Made by a program: the position numbers and the translations under genes. Below are positions 12,701 through 26,151 of a DNA stretch of 64,000 bases, one piece after another. The notes under the pieces are model-generated. The model did not search any database, was not told the origin of the DNA, and saw only the letters and a list, made by a program, of their open reading frames with translations. The first letter of the stretch is position 1. Every line of letters begins with the position of its first letter. The stretch is from Bugula neritina (lineage: Eukaryota > Animalia > Bryozoa). The stretch lies in NCBI GenBank assembly GCA_964035545.1, contig OZ037766.1:5446722-5510721 (forward strand), written 5' to 3'.

Positions 12701-15039
12701 AGATACAAACAGCAAAAAATTGCCAAATAGAGAAACGTGGTAGAAATGAAATAAATTACTGTTGCTAAAATTCTATTGACAAATCAAATGGTGCTTATCG
12801 TTGATTGTGATTTTTCGTTCATCGCCATCGTTGTGTACACCCAACGGAGACGATTTCGTTTGAATTCTCTCAAATTTTCTCGTACGATTGCTTTTTCGTG
12901 TCAAATAGACGATTTCGTGTGATTCTCACGATCGTGAGGCCAGGCCTTAAATCCCTCTAATTTAGTTACAGTAAGGGCTGCTATAATTGGCCCACTAACT
13001 ACAAAAACTTGTAGTTGAACTTTTTATGATGACATCAACCTAATTACTTAGAACATTTCATAAGCTTATAAAAACATGAGTTCATTTTTGTATTTCAAAA
13101 GAGTAAAATAATTACTGAAAGATAATTATATTATCCAATGTAATCATCTCAATGCATGAATTATATTATATTATAAATTAAATTGAATATTGAGAAAACA
13201 CAGGAGCAAATTATAACTCTGAGCAACGCCGTGCTTCTTCAAAGCCAATAACAAAAGCCTATTATACTTGAAACAACAGCAATAGTCATCAATTACCATT
13301 TACATTGCATTAAAAGGTTCCCCAATGCATGACAGTTCACTATTCTATCAAGCAGCTTCAGGTTAACTTATTGTACCCAACATACATTTGAGGGTGATGT
13401 GAAAGCTAAGTTTTCAAAAAAGGTAAGATTTATGCTTGCATATTACATTTATTAGACATTCTAACACTTTTCTATCATTGAATCTACAGTCTCATAGCTT
13501 CATCAAATCTTTATGACAAATCATATTCAGCAAATATCAATCTTAGTAATAATACAGGAAACCCATAGGATCAGCCAAAGTGAGCAACTAGTCATTAACA
13601 CAATGTTATATAACAAACCTTAGACGTGAGTATTGAGCACACATGTATAACTCCAGTATCATCACCTATGTATAGTTTGGGGGAGTCAGTGTGCCACACT
13701 AGCTGAGTGACTGAGCCACTGAGGCTAAGAACTTCTACAGATTCTGGTTTAACAGATGTTCCACTTTGTATTCGGCTGACTGCAACTTCACCCCTTCAAA
13801 TGCAACATTACAGGGTATCAGGTTTGAGAGAACTATGGCTAAAGAGAGAGCAAACACTAAATTTTCAGAATGTACATGACGAAATTACATAAGATTCTCA
13901 AAATGTAGTTGCAATACAGAATAGATTACTAGCAAGGCACATGCGATATAACATGTGTGAATACATACAGCAGTATATCATGGTAATATATAGTAGTAGT
14001 ATTATATATATAGTAGCATTTATAGTAATATATATGATAATATATTGTCATAGTGATACTACATATAGTAATATGATAGAGTATATAGAATAGTACTTTC
14101 TAACAGCAGGACTTGAAATATTTCACAAAACTTGATCGCAAAAAACGAAAATTTACTATCAACTGACTTATTTCTGAATACAAAATCTATACCTGCAACA
14201 AAGTTATTACAGGCTATCCCTAATCCCCCTAACAGATATAATATTAGATGCATTATATTTATTAGGCAACTCTAGAAATAGTTATGTTTACAGATACCCT
14301 AAGATATGCTCGTAAAACGTGTAGAAATATTTAAAAATAATTATATTTTCACACAACTATATTTAAAGAAACAAGAGGGTGGATGTATTTATGTATGTAA
14401 CATATTTTACCTTGAATTAGCAGAGGCACATAGTTGCTGTGACTTATATGTTGCTACATTAGTAAGAGCACAATCCTTCACAGAGTTGGGTGTTGTGGGT
14501 ATAAGGTACACATGCTTCAACGTGTAGCGATCAAAAACATACAGACTGGCTCTGTTACTTCCACACCATATGAAATCTTTGCTAACGTCTATAACTGTAA
14601 ACTAAAACACAAAGTGAACCAGTATAAAGATATCCAATTATACTTTTCAAATGTACAATATTTTGCATATTTGACGCATGTTAATTTTATTCATTATGTT
14701 ACATGTTTATAAGAAATTGTGTTTAGCCATAATCATTCATCGTGAATTTGTATTTATCAGATTTTAGGGTTCGGTATACACATATTCAACTTCAGGTGAC
14801 TATTACTAGTAATTTAGGATGCCTTCAGAATACTCTTATTACCAAAAATTGCACTTTTTTTGGAGTTCAATTTAAAAAAATATTTTTAAAACTAAAACTC
14901 AACCGATTAATTTATAAAACATCCCTAGTCTTACCTGCACAGATTTGTTCAACTGGATAGGTATAAACAAATCATCTAACTGAGTTGGCTTGGCCAATAT
15001 ATATTTTTCAGCCCTGTTTTGGTTAGTCGATGACTCCAT
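706..15039 (-). CDS. HPS5: Hermansky-Pudlak syndrome 5-like protein (BLOC-2 subunit): N-terminal beta-propeller, Ser-rich middle region, C-terminal RING-H2; multi-exon
   Basis: Spliced translation begins MESSTNQNRAEKYILAKPTQLDDLFIPIQLNKSVQ|FTVIDVSKDFIWCGSNRASLYVFDR and continues ...VTQLVWHTDSPKLYIGDDTG, TLDSCIVQLHFRDTVLLASTLTKCVLYCTER|KTFSDVGTKPRHGLYGAV, YCARPGFRLWRANTEGKVLTTLNFK, CDCGMPR, MEQFLWANQ, ending CYHC..CGHVTHQHC..CGQCPSTT*. These match HPS5-family motifs as I recall them (DSCVVQLDY, ARPGSRMW, FLWSQ). GT-AG phases are consistent for the exons I checked (14935-15039, ~14411-14601, ~13620-13794, ~12170-12288, ~11471-11708, 6743-6934, 3741-3822, 2253-2336, ~1924-2082, 706-773). Some middle exon boundaries are unresolved. 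Confidence 0.88.
2325..3621. repeat. 25-bp minisatellite (GAGT[A/G]AATACATCTACA[A/G]TATAGTA), about 52 copies, filling an HPS5 intron
   Basis: Directly visible 25-nt period (TACATCTACA at 3061, 3086, 3111) with occasional 23 and 26-nt variants. Confidence 0.98.
3961..4225. repeat. 50-bp AT-rich tandem repeat, about 5 copies, intronic
   Basis: Unit GCACATAATATTATCATATATGATACTCTATTATTTTATAGCATATTACA repeated nearly perfectly. Confidence 0.95.
6387..6752. repeat. ~59-bp tandem repeat, about 6 full copies plus a partial, overlapping an HPS5 exon end
   Basis: Unit CACCTGTGTGACAGTGTCACTGTGATGACACCTGCTATAGTAACTACTACTCAATACAT at ~6387, 6446, 6505, 6563, 6622, 6681 and 6740. Confidence 0.95.
11786..11890. 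repeat. 22-bp tandem repeat (TTCATTTGATTATAACTTTATA), about 5 copies
   Basis: Directly visible, intronic. Confidence 0.85.
12570..12947. mobile_element. PIF/Harbinger (Tourist-like) MITE, 378 bp, in an HPS5 intron
   Basis: TIRs AGGCCTGGTCTCACGATCGTGAAAATCACACAAAATCG and CGATTTCGTGTGATTCTCACGATCGTGAGGCCAGGCCT, with TAA target-site duplication at 12567-12569 and 12948-12950. No transposase ORF. Confidence 0.88.
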
Positions 15040-17926
15040 TTGCTCATCTATAATTAGGCATAAAGTATTAGCAATATTATAAGTATTTACAATGGTATAT
15101 TATTCACTAGTACAATAATTATTGTTATAACAGTGAAAATGGTAAAACAATATCAAATAATGTTTTTTTACAAATATCTGATTGAGTATTTTATCACTAT
15201 AAACTGTTATAAAATAAAAGTACCCACCCATCTATTATGTACATCCTGACCCTAAATACACAACATTGTCATTTGTAATTCTATCGACACTGTAAATGCT
15301 ACGTAATAACTAAGGTTTAAACTTAAGACATACAAATTTTACTTTAGCTCAATCACTTCAGTAGCAAAAGACACAAACATGCACACACATTAATGTTGTC
15401 AACAAAAACAATCATTAACTGATTGCCATTATTAGCAGTCACTCAAAGTCAAAGTTATTGGTTATCATAATGATTATCTAATTATCTTCACCATTTTTAT
15501 CATCACTTGACCGTCATGCAGTCGTAGATAATCATGATGATAATCATCATCATCACTCGTCATGATTATGATTATCGTCATGGTGATCATGATGATGATG
15601 GTGGTAAAGTTTTCACTATAATTAATTTCTTTGAGTTAATTACAGTATAAAAACGTGATCATTATAAAATATGCTTCACAAATATTTTTTCTGTACATTC
15701 TACCAATAGTAAGTGACAATCTTGAAAAACCAACTATAGCACTTGTACAAAATATTACAATGATTTCCCTCTCATTTTGATCTAAGGTGATAATCAGGAA
15801 ATATGTTTCGGAGAGTACAAGCAGAGTCGCTACATTATAAATGACAAGTCTGAATTTTTACTGGAGTTCCATCAAGCGTCTTTGCAAGTTGCTATATTAG
15901 ATCTCGTGCTAACAGCATAATCAATACAGAATCGCTTGAAGCAGCGCCAAGTTAATGGTTACTTGATGCACTGATTTATGAGTAAGGAGTTTAAGGATAG
16001 GACAACCACCTAACTGAAACTATAGGGTTATAGTTCAATGAGGACAACGATGTGTATACAAATACTCGCCTCAGTCATCACCATCTTAATGCTGGTTCTA
16101 GCGATGTTCTATCTGAAATAATTATACATTGTAATCAATCTCGAGGATGGTCGCAGTTTTGGTAACACCAACAACTAACAAGTAACCAGTCCTGGTGGTC
16201 CTCATTCCATTTGCTCATAGTTTGTTAGTCAATAACTGACACTGTGTTTTTTCGTACAGTTACTAATTTTGATTAATTTTTGATAGTTTAACTTTGATGC
16301 AACGTAGAACGTAAGGTAGCCCAATCTCAATCTGAATATCAATATGAATCTTTAAGTTTATCCACATATAAATATTTAAAATAATAATTTTAACTTCCAT
16401 GTAACTTGAATTTGAAGTTATAAATTAAATTTCAATTTAATTTATTGGTTTTATTATTATTTATTACATTATGATTAACACTTGATATCTTTTAAAATTT
16501 AGTTTCTGCAAATAAAATCAAAAGTAGTAAAACTAAAAGTTTACGTTTAACTAATACCAAAACAGTCATTCAATGTCAAACTCAAGTCTCAACCTCATAG
16601 TCATACTCATAGTATAACTAGTAAGCCAAATACTATAATAGTAAATGTAATACTAATACTAATAGTAATATTAATACTAATAGACAATAGTAATACCAAT
16701 AAAGAGATAAACAGTTAACACTAACAGTTTTGATAATACTTATCATCATTAAATTTAATGTTAGTGGGCATGTCTGATGTCAGCGTCATATGGTCATGGT
16801 GATGGTAGTAGTAGTAATTGTAGTGGTGGTGGTACTGGTAGTGCTAGTACTAGTAGGACTACTCAGATCAGATTAATTATTCCTGCTGAGCGCCTCTTAG
16901 CAGAGGCATATTACGCAGGAACGCTTCAATTCAATACATTTTTTTATATACAATTTTGAATTTTGTCTTTCCTCTTTCCCCTTCTCTCTTTCCTTCTCTC
17001 CCTACTAGTCGTAGCAGCTATAATATTAATTAATAGTAAATTGCTAACACAGTTAGGCTAATGTAATAGTAATACAATGTGTAACACTTGATTAATATTA
17101 TCATGCTGGACTTTCACTTTACACTTTAAACTTACAGTGTTTCCTTCTATTAAGACTATACTTAAATTTATCTTAGTATTGGACTTAGTATTACTATTAG
17201 TATTAGGGTTCTAAGCCTAATTCAATGTAATTCACCAGCAGAATTTAACAAACTCAAAGTAATACTAGGACTAATATAAATAATAACCTAATATAGCAAA
17301 ACTCTAAGCTTATATTTTCACTTGCATTTTAATTTAAATTTGCAAGCATTTGTGGTGCTTGAATTTGCTCCTAAACTCTTACCATTACTAGTACTTACTT
17401 TATCAGTTTGAACTATCTTTATTACTAGATCTTATAATCATAACTCTGCAAGTATGTTTCCAGTGCATTTAGTTATAGTTTTGTACTAAACAATTATATA
17501 AATTTAATGTATGCATTTAGCGCAATATATAGAGTCATCTAAATTGCATAAATAACCAAATTGGCAATAACTCAGTGTAAAACTGCATTTACTCCAGCTA
17601 CATTTTAGAATACTTTCAAAATATAATTTTGACTTTCAGTTTAGCCCTAATGAAAACCTAGATTATAAAAAATTAAAAATTTGTGATTATACATATGAAA
17701 CCGCATGTAGTTTTGTATAATGTATGTAGATTTAAAAGTGAAAGTGTTTTATAATTTATCCTACAAGAAAATAGAATACTGTGTAGGGTGAGAGCCAAGT
17801 TTCACAAAAGTGTTATATTTTATAGATGCTAGAAGTGAACGCAAGACTTTGCCAGATTTAAATGCAATGGGCAAACACATCTTGATGATCTGATGAGTAG
17901 CTTATTCTTTACTTGTCTGGGATAGC

Positions 17927-20900
17927 ATGATGTCTATAAATTCTTCCACAGCCAATGAAAATCATTACCGTTATGAAGAGTTTCTGTCAGAAAGTGTTGA
18001 ATGTCCAACCTGTCGGGGGTTGGGCAGAATAAGAAAAGGTTAAATTGAAAATCGTATACTTACAGTGATTTGCTATAGATATTAATTTTCACCATGCAAT
18101 GAAGGTTCTGCAACATTAAGCATATTACAGGAGCACTGGGCTAAAGCTGCTGGTACAACAACATTTTTAAATAGTTTTTAATGTTAATGCAGTCAATATA
18201 TTTAGAGAAGCTATGAAAAGATGTTTGAATATTCAAATTAACTTTTCCAGTTGAAAATTATAGAGATGCAGACCTAATAAAACTGTTGTTGGACACTATT
18301 TGCGTTAATATGTTTATTGTACCAGTTTAGATAGTATAGCAATTACCATCAGTTTAATAGTTCAGCCGTAACTTCTACATCTTCAATGTTCATTGTTATG
18401 TTATAGTAATTGATTATATTATATTAACTTGTGAGAGTTTCACAGTTTTGCAAATTTTTCTCTCTGTGAATAATTTTTCAAGTTATGAATTGCAACATTA
18501 TATTTTGTCACAAATAATGTTCACAAACTGAATGAATCACACTGCCATGCTTGTTGTTGTTTTAAACACATGTCTTTTTTTTGGATATAAGTAATCATCT
18601 TGCCAAAGCAATTGTATCACATATTCGACATCACAATATACTTTTATAGAATGATTTCAGCTGCAATGGCAGTCGGTTTATACTTTTTGTATTGTGTCTG
18701 GCAGGTGCTGAAGAATTGGTGGCCTTAATACCCGTCTCAGACTCCCGTTTAAAGCCAAGAAAGACGTAAGTTAAGTTGAAGATACTGTGGTTAGTTTATT
18801 TAATCAATTGTAAGCAAATGGTTCTTGCTATATTACATTACTTTATTGTATTATTGTACGATTTATACATATTTGCACTGTTTTGTTACAGAGTTCTGTA
18901 TGTAGTTATATCTGTGGCAATATCTGCCATTGTGGGTGGTCTCCTGCTTTTCTTTCTGATATCTCGCTCTATTACGTTGAATTCCGATCGACAACTTATC
19001 ACACCAAGTCTCTTGAAGTATGATAATATCAGCAACACCCTTCTAATTCGTTATCAGGTAGCTGCTTGTCACACTTACAACTCCTGTACAAAACACATCG
19101 AAATTCGGTCAAAATTAAAAAAATGTAGTGCAATATATTTTAAAATAAATAGTCTGGATATAGAGTGGTTAAAACTTATGCAGATGAATAAGAGTTTTGG
19201 TTGTATTTTGGGGTTTCTACAACTAATTTCACGAGATGGTTTGTAAGATATTGTTTAGTAATATGTGTATGCTGATATGTAGGTGCCTATTAATGTTTCC
19301 AATGACAACTACTTGGCCATCAAAGTGTCCAAGCTTTCACTTTCATCTCTGCTGTATGGAGACAATCTGCTGAATTCCAGCACTAATTATACGAGCCTAA
19401 CAGTTCCAATGAGGTCCATAAAACTACACTATGTTACTGCAGAGATCACTGTTGGCTCATCTCCATCGATTCAGCCGGTTGTGTGAGTATACTATATACA
19501 CATAGAGTATGCAGGTTTGGAATATAGCTGGTTGAAATAAACCGCATCATTTTCTCATGGTGTTGAAGAGCCATTGCAGAGTTAATAAAATAATGAAAAG
19601 ACTACAGGTGGCTACCATGCCGTCTAGCAGGTCTGGGGTTATAACATGCACCATATGGGCTTAGCTGTAGCATGAGATAAGATGTATGATAAATGGGGGG
19701 GGGGGGGGGGTAAAATGTGAATGTCATCTCAATTATACATGTTTTTCTACACATTTTTACACTGCAAAGAACATTATTTTAGTTACAATCAGTCTCCAGT
19801 TTTTTATTGGTAGGCAGCAAAAGCATAGAAACACATGGTCCCTGAATGATTACACAGAAGTGACTGATATATTTAGAAACTACTGCAAGTAACCTCCCTT
19901 GGTTTGTTAACATCAAGTTGACAGATGACAAAGTTGCAACACATAATACACCTTACTTAATTCTGAGGATTAGATATGACAGTTGTGAAAGAGCATTTCT
20001 TAATGTATTTAATAGCTTTCATCATACTCTTATTGTATTTGGTTAAACTTGTGTATGGGAGAAGTTCTTTCTCTTAGCTCAGACTGATTCATTCTGTAAA
20101 TGTGGATTTGGACTTGAAGAAATGTACTAAACTCTTCTGCAACTTGGGAACTATTCACTCTGTCTCTGTAGTTTCCTAATTTACTTTGTAACTTTCCTCT
20201 CAAATGTTAGTTTTAGCTATACATGCTGTATATTTTGATTTTCTAATAAGTATTTAATTTGTAGATTTGTGCTGTTATTAAAATAAAAAACTTCTTTTTT
20301 ATTTTAGAACCTCATGCCTTTCTGATGCAACCATTCTTTGGAAACTGGGCATGGATTTTGAGTAAGTGTTATCCAATATCTAGACTACTTCGTCTTAAGT
20401 ATTCTAGAAAATGTTTGTTTTTAGCAATGGAGTACTAATAAATATGATTTCAATAATATTATTATCTACAGGCACCAAAATAATTTTGTAGTGATAATGT
20501 GTAGCACAGTACTACAGGTTCATGTTACAGAGCATGATTACTGTTGATGATGCAAGGTCAAAGTTTGAAATTTCTATCAGTGAAGTTTTGTTTGTATTGC
20601 GCAATGCGCTGTATGTTTGATTTTTAAACACGCTCTACATATTTAATATAGTGCTAACATTCTCACTGTTTGTTATGGTGGAAATTGTCAATGTATCAAC
20701 TTTTTGTAAACGTAACGCTGATTTTGTTTGTCCTATGGTTATGTACACCTGCTTTAAAGTAGACTTGGGCCCAAAAACAAATTCACACCATTATTTTTGG
20801 CAATCACTTTCTAAAATAAGTCTACTATATCATAGTTTTGCCTGTCTCTAGAAACAAAAGAAACCCCCCCCCCGCATGTTTCAAGTGGACAAACAGATGC

Positions 20901-21147
20901 ATTGAACTTAGTCAGCTAGAATATTGGTGGCAGTTTGTATGCTACATTTGTTTACCAACTGCAGGATATGCGGTAATTAGAAGAGCAATTGTTTGTGTTT
21001 TTCAGAGTGCAGGCCGAGATCAACTACATGTCGCACTCGGAGACGACATCCATAACTCTCTACAACCGGAAGGTGTGCTGTCATGTCCCAGATACTAAAT
21101 CTCATGAACTCTTGCCACCTCTTGCACTCGACTGCTCCACGCTTTGA
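17927..21147 (+). CDS. TMEM106B: TMEM106-family type II lysosomal membrane protein (TMEM106B-like)
   Basis: Exons ~17927-18038, 18705-18765, 18892-19057, 19283-19482, 20308-20361, 21006-21147. Translation YEEFLSESVECPTCRGLGRIRKGAEELVALIPVSDSRLKPRKTVLYVVISVAISAIVGGLLLFFLISRSI...VSNDNYLAIKV...INYMSHSETTS matches the TMEM106 CPTCxGxGRI / LVALIPxxDxRLxPRxT / TM signature. The exact start is uncertain. Confidence 0.92.
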
Positions 21148-21756
21148 CAGCCAGCTACGTTCCAGTTACTGGGGGTAGTTGGTTCCTATACTGCATATTA
21201 TTCAGATATACACACTACTGCAACAATAGTTATATTTCCTTCCACTGCTGGCCAGATCACTTGCTTTATATTATGTCTAAATCACCTCTTGGTATTACTA
21301 CTAATCCAGCTCTAGCCAGCATATTGCCATTTCCTTGCAAAATTAATACAAACTAATCATTTTAATGTTACTGCATAATGTAGTACACAATTAATTTACT
21401 ATATTTATTTCTTGTGTTTGGTGAAAGTGTGCTCTTGTTTGCCACATTCGTAACATATTATTGAAAAGAAAATTATGTTTTGTATATTTTATCAATATTG
21501 GCAATTCCGTTAATATTTTGTACATACGTTGTAGTACGGATCAAGTTAGGCTTGCTCAAATAAATTATATTATAAAATATTTTATTGCATTATATAAAAA
21601 TGATTATTAAAAAATGCTACAGCTTTACCAAACTAAAAAAGTGAAAAATAGGCAACAAATTTTTACCGCATAATTATCCGATTTACAAAGCAAGCACTTA
21701 TAAAATTTCATTTTCGGGATAACATCTATCTCTTGATGGCAGAAGTTGAACCAAAG

Positions 21757-24700
21757 TCAACGTTTCCAGTTATTCTTTTCTTCTCTCAGAGCTCCCATGA
21801 CCTCTATTGGATCAGTCTGCTGCACATGTTCTTGCACTGAACTCTCACTAAAAAGTGACATTAGAAGTCACTGTATGCCAGTCACAACTGAAAACTTGAG
21901 GCATGTCATTAGCACAGTGACCTTTAGAGAAAGGAGAATAGCCTCGTGTTGATATCTCACAGTAATATAACTGATACATAGTTCCATTGTGTTATAAATA
22001 CAAGCTAGTCAACTAAATTCTGACCTGAAGATGTTGATAAAAGGAGATAATGCAGTTGGAATTATATTATGTGTGTACTACAATCTATGACACTTAGCCA
22101 TGAGTACACACAGTGTTGTTACTACCAACATTGATTTATACTTGCTAGCAGCCAGTAAATATTAGCAGCTCATCACCATAAATATTAGTTGCAGAAAAAC
22201 AACAACTTTTAGATCAAGCACACTTTGTTCTATACACATTTCACTTCACAATACTTACTTGACTCTCATAAATGGGTTAATCTTCATCTCCTCTGCTATT
22301 GTTGTTGGAATTGTAGCCTGTTTAGAAGCCCTTAGAGTCTACAATAACAAACCCAACTTATGCAAGGATTCATTACAGCAGCCAGAAAAAGTAACAAAGT
22401 AAGAAGCTCAAAAGCAACAAATATATATATAACATTAAAGATATGTTACTGCTGTAAAGACAAAATATTTAAATTTTGCAGTAATGTGTGGTAAATGGAA
22501 GATTCTTGAAATAAAGCTTTCAAAGGTTTGTATATATGGAAGGAATATTGTTTGAACACAGAGTATTATTAGGACTTTAAAGTCAATTTTTCACATTTAT
22601 TTATGCTGAATTTACGTCTATCAGTTTGGATTTGAATTAAGTAGTGCTAAAATGGCGGCTCTCTAAAATTTCCAAAACTGCACAAATAACTCTGAAAGGG
22701 ACCTAAATAACTCTGAAAGAGGTAGTGGAAGAATCAGAAAAAGTTTAGCACCAAGTTTTATAACACCAGAGCAAAACTAAAAATAGCATGATTAAATACA
22801 GAATCAAAGTCCAGTAAGAGTTGAGCTGCAACTAAGAAGTAAGTGAATTTTGAAGCAGCATCTGAATGTGAATTAAAAATAATTAGGAACGTAATTTAAT
22901 CATAAAATAAAAAGAAATGAGCAGGACAGAAGTAGTAAAACATGATACACCTAAATGCGTATTGTTGAACTGTTAGCCTGCGGCGACTACAGAAGCAATT
23001 TATAAGTATTGTAGTGGTTACCATACCTGGCATTGAGCAAGCTTGTCTATTACATGCTGATTGGCTGGTTCCACATGACTGGCAAACTCTAGGTTGCTCA
23101 CGGTGTACTCATGGCCACAGTATACTCGCTACAAAATAACCGACAAGCGACAAAATATTCAAGTACAGATAACTCCTCTATACAGAACACAGTCATCCTG
23201 TAAGACAACTTGCGAGGTTACATTACACAATAGCCTTACATGTATGCAGCAAAGATAAGAATATATGCCCCCATTACCATTCAATATGCCAAGTACTTTG
23301 TATAGGGAGCAGCCATGGTCTAGTGGTTAGAGCACAGGCCTAGTATGGTACAGGTCATGGGTTCAAGTCCCGGCTATTGCTGATTTCAGGAAGAGTCCCG
23401 ATCATAATTACTTCTGCATAACAGAAAACCCCTCAGACTGGCATGGTGGGAGGTACAGTCTATCAGTATTAAGAGTTCCCACAAGGATAGAGACTTTAAA
23501 CAGATGTGAGTACCATATAAAGTAAGTTGTATGCCACATATCGCTGACATATCTTTTCAAGTTTCATTTCAATATAGACCAATCTAATAGAGGTAAATAC
23601 TGGTTTCTCGAAAAATGATGTTTTTGCAAGCAATGCGCTTTTATTTAGCAAAGCAAAATATTTCAGTTTTCCTTCCATTTAGGAGCAGCAAAAGGAAGAT
23701 TTCAATAGCCTAAGTTCTTCGATTTTCTTAATAAATTTTGGTTATATATGTAAAACTAGGTTATGTACAACGACCAGATCATGATGCCAATATATGATTC
23801 ACCATAAACACAGCAAAACCCACTCACCGTGCTGGCCGGCAGCTTCTGCAGTACATTAACAAGAGCGTGATGCATCTGCTGCTTTGTGCCCTCAAAAAAT
23901 CTTCCACATCCGGCCGCAAACAAAGTGTCACCTACAGAATTTATAGTGTTTGTTATCTACAACACTAAATAAAGTGTCACAGAATTTAAAAAAGTATCAT
24001 TTACAACAGTATACAATTTAGTTGAACTATTTTAGTGAAAAGGTTTCTTCTGAACATGAACGACCAGCATCTCAAAATAAAAAAATAACGCAACTAAGTT
24101 CCCTTTTTACTGCAGCTAATCAGAGAAATGCAAGTTGTCACTCTGCAAGTTGTCATACTGGTATGTATATACATAAGTACATACGCACGCGTGCACATGC
24201 ACACACATGTACATACGCATGCACACATATATATATATAAACATAGTAACAACCTGTGAAGACTGCGGGATCGTTGTCTGTATCTTCAACATAATAGCAA
24301 ATGTGGCCAGATGTATGACATGGTGTAAACAGACACTCAATCTGTAAACTTCCCACCTAACAAAATAAGACAACTTCCATTCTTCAATACAGGTGATCAC
24401 ATAATAAATATTGCAGAATTGTAAGTCATCGTCACGCAGCAGCATTACATGTCTAATACCTTGAGCTTATCTCCATGGCCAACTTTTATAGTAGTGTTTG
24501 GTTGAATTTGGTGATCTCCACCATAGAAAGTAAGTCCTGGTTTAAGAGAATTCAATTCTTCATTCCCACCTGCATGATCCCTGCATATACAATTACAATC
24601 TCTTCGCACAACAGCCAAGTTTCAGTAACTCAAATGGCAACTATTTAGATATACAGTGTAACATCACAATTTAGTAGCCAGTCTAGAGTAGGCCACAACC

Positions 24701-26151
24701 TTACTCTGTGACCACATGCTTGAAAAAACACGTGCAGACATAATAATTGCGGTGTATTTTTAGGACTGAGATTAAGCAACGAATACAGAAAATAAACCTT
24801 GAACTCCATAAGTATACAGGCATCGTTGAGAATTATTGCACGAATTAAAACCCCAGTGTAATCAAACAACATTTCCTAGAGCTGTGGTTGTCTCACATGT
24901 ATAGCAGACAGCAGTGAAACTATATAATGAAAATATCAATTTTTATACATGGAGATTATGTGCTGGTAGTTACAATGCTTACTTTTCAACTGAATGACTA
25001 ACTGTAATGTGCTTAGCACCATTAACAGATCACAATCAACAGCCTATTATTTTGTAGGAATTGGCACTAAAAACTTTTGTATCAAATAATTTAAGACAGG
25101 CTATTAATAACAGACGTGACTAAAGAGATAAAAATAAACTGAAATAGCTAAAAATATGTATAAATATCGAATCATTTTCAATTACTACATTCAATTGAGT
25201 GAGCTGGCACATGAGTAAGTAGGAACAAAGTGCAAGACCAAATAACCAACATCTCACCAATGATGGTGGGTAGTAAGAACAGTGGTAAGTTTCACACCAT
25301 GTTTGGCCACAGCGGCCAGAACATCTGGAGGTTTTACCGGATCAACTACAGCGCATTCATTGGTTTTCTCATCAATCAGAAGGTACATGTAGTTGTCTGC
25401 CAAGGCTGGCAGAAGTTCTATCTTCATGTTGAGGTGCTCGTGCAATGAAGGTTTAGTAGATAATGAACGACAAGTTGAGTCTTTTAAAAAATCTACCAAA
25501 TAAGAAAATGAATCTTAAATTTATATGATGAATTATGTATATACAATAATACTACGAGATTTGTGTTACTACAGTTTTTGCACCTGCTGATTTACTGATT
25601 AATATTTTAAACATTTTGACTTGATTTTCACTGAAAACCAGGAAAATTGATTTTTGCTAACACACAGTAAAAACTATTAACTAATTTCAACATGTTGATT
25701 TCCCGTGTTTATCTCCATATTTAGATAGTAGATATATGCATGTAGTGCAACTTTTTATTTAGAAATGTACAGAGCTTCGCAAAGTTATAAGATAAGTGAA
25801 TAAAAATAGAAGTGGATAAAATAGAAGTAAATAGAATAAGGGCTGCATGTGCAATGAGAGTTTGATAGTTTTTGCAATTTAAGACAGCTTAGGGAATTAC
25901 CAATGTCAAAAAAGTGAATGTAATATTTGGTCAGGATCCTATTACATTACACATCGATAAATAATTTAAATATATACGTAAATATAATAACACTTTGTAA
26001 AACATTCAATTTTATATGATATTATGAGTTGATAAGACCTACAGAGCTTATTTTTATTAACAAATTGGTAGGAAACGTTTGGCGATGAGAGAGATTTGAA
26101 CAGAACTTTATAGCTTTTGAAGTTAAGACTACTTTTGAGCAGAAAGGACAT
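21757..26151 (-). CDS. HAGH: Hydroxyacylglutathione hydrolase (glyoxalase II) with a putative mitochondrial presequence exon
   Basis: [17 protein letters not shown]...VLTTHHHW|DHAGGN...[15 protein letters not shown]...FT|[16 protein letters not shown]...[13 protein letters not shown]...[11 protein letters not shown]...[13 protein letters not shown]. This is the metallo-beta-lactamase THxHxDH motif over 8 GT-AG exons. Confidence 0.96.
23306..23530 (+). mobile_element. tRNA-derived SINE-like element in a HAGH intron
   Basis: A box TGGTCTAGTGG and B box GGTTCAAGTCC with tRNA-like spacing, no proper anticodon arm, followed by an unrelated body. The 3' end is approximate. Confidence 0.65.

Noticed and set aside
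15780-16115. Higher-complexity segment as a small gene between HPS5 and TMEM106
   Set aside because: No sustained ORF or recognisable motif in the frames I checked; it may be UTR or promoter.
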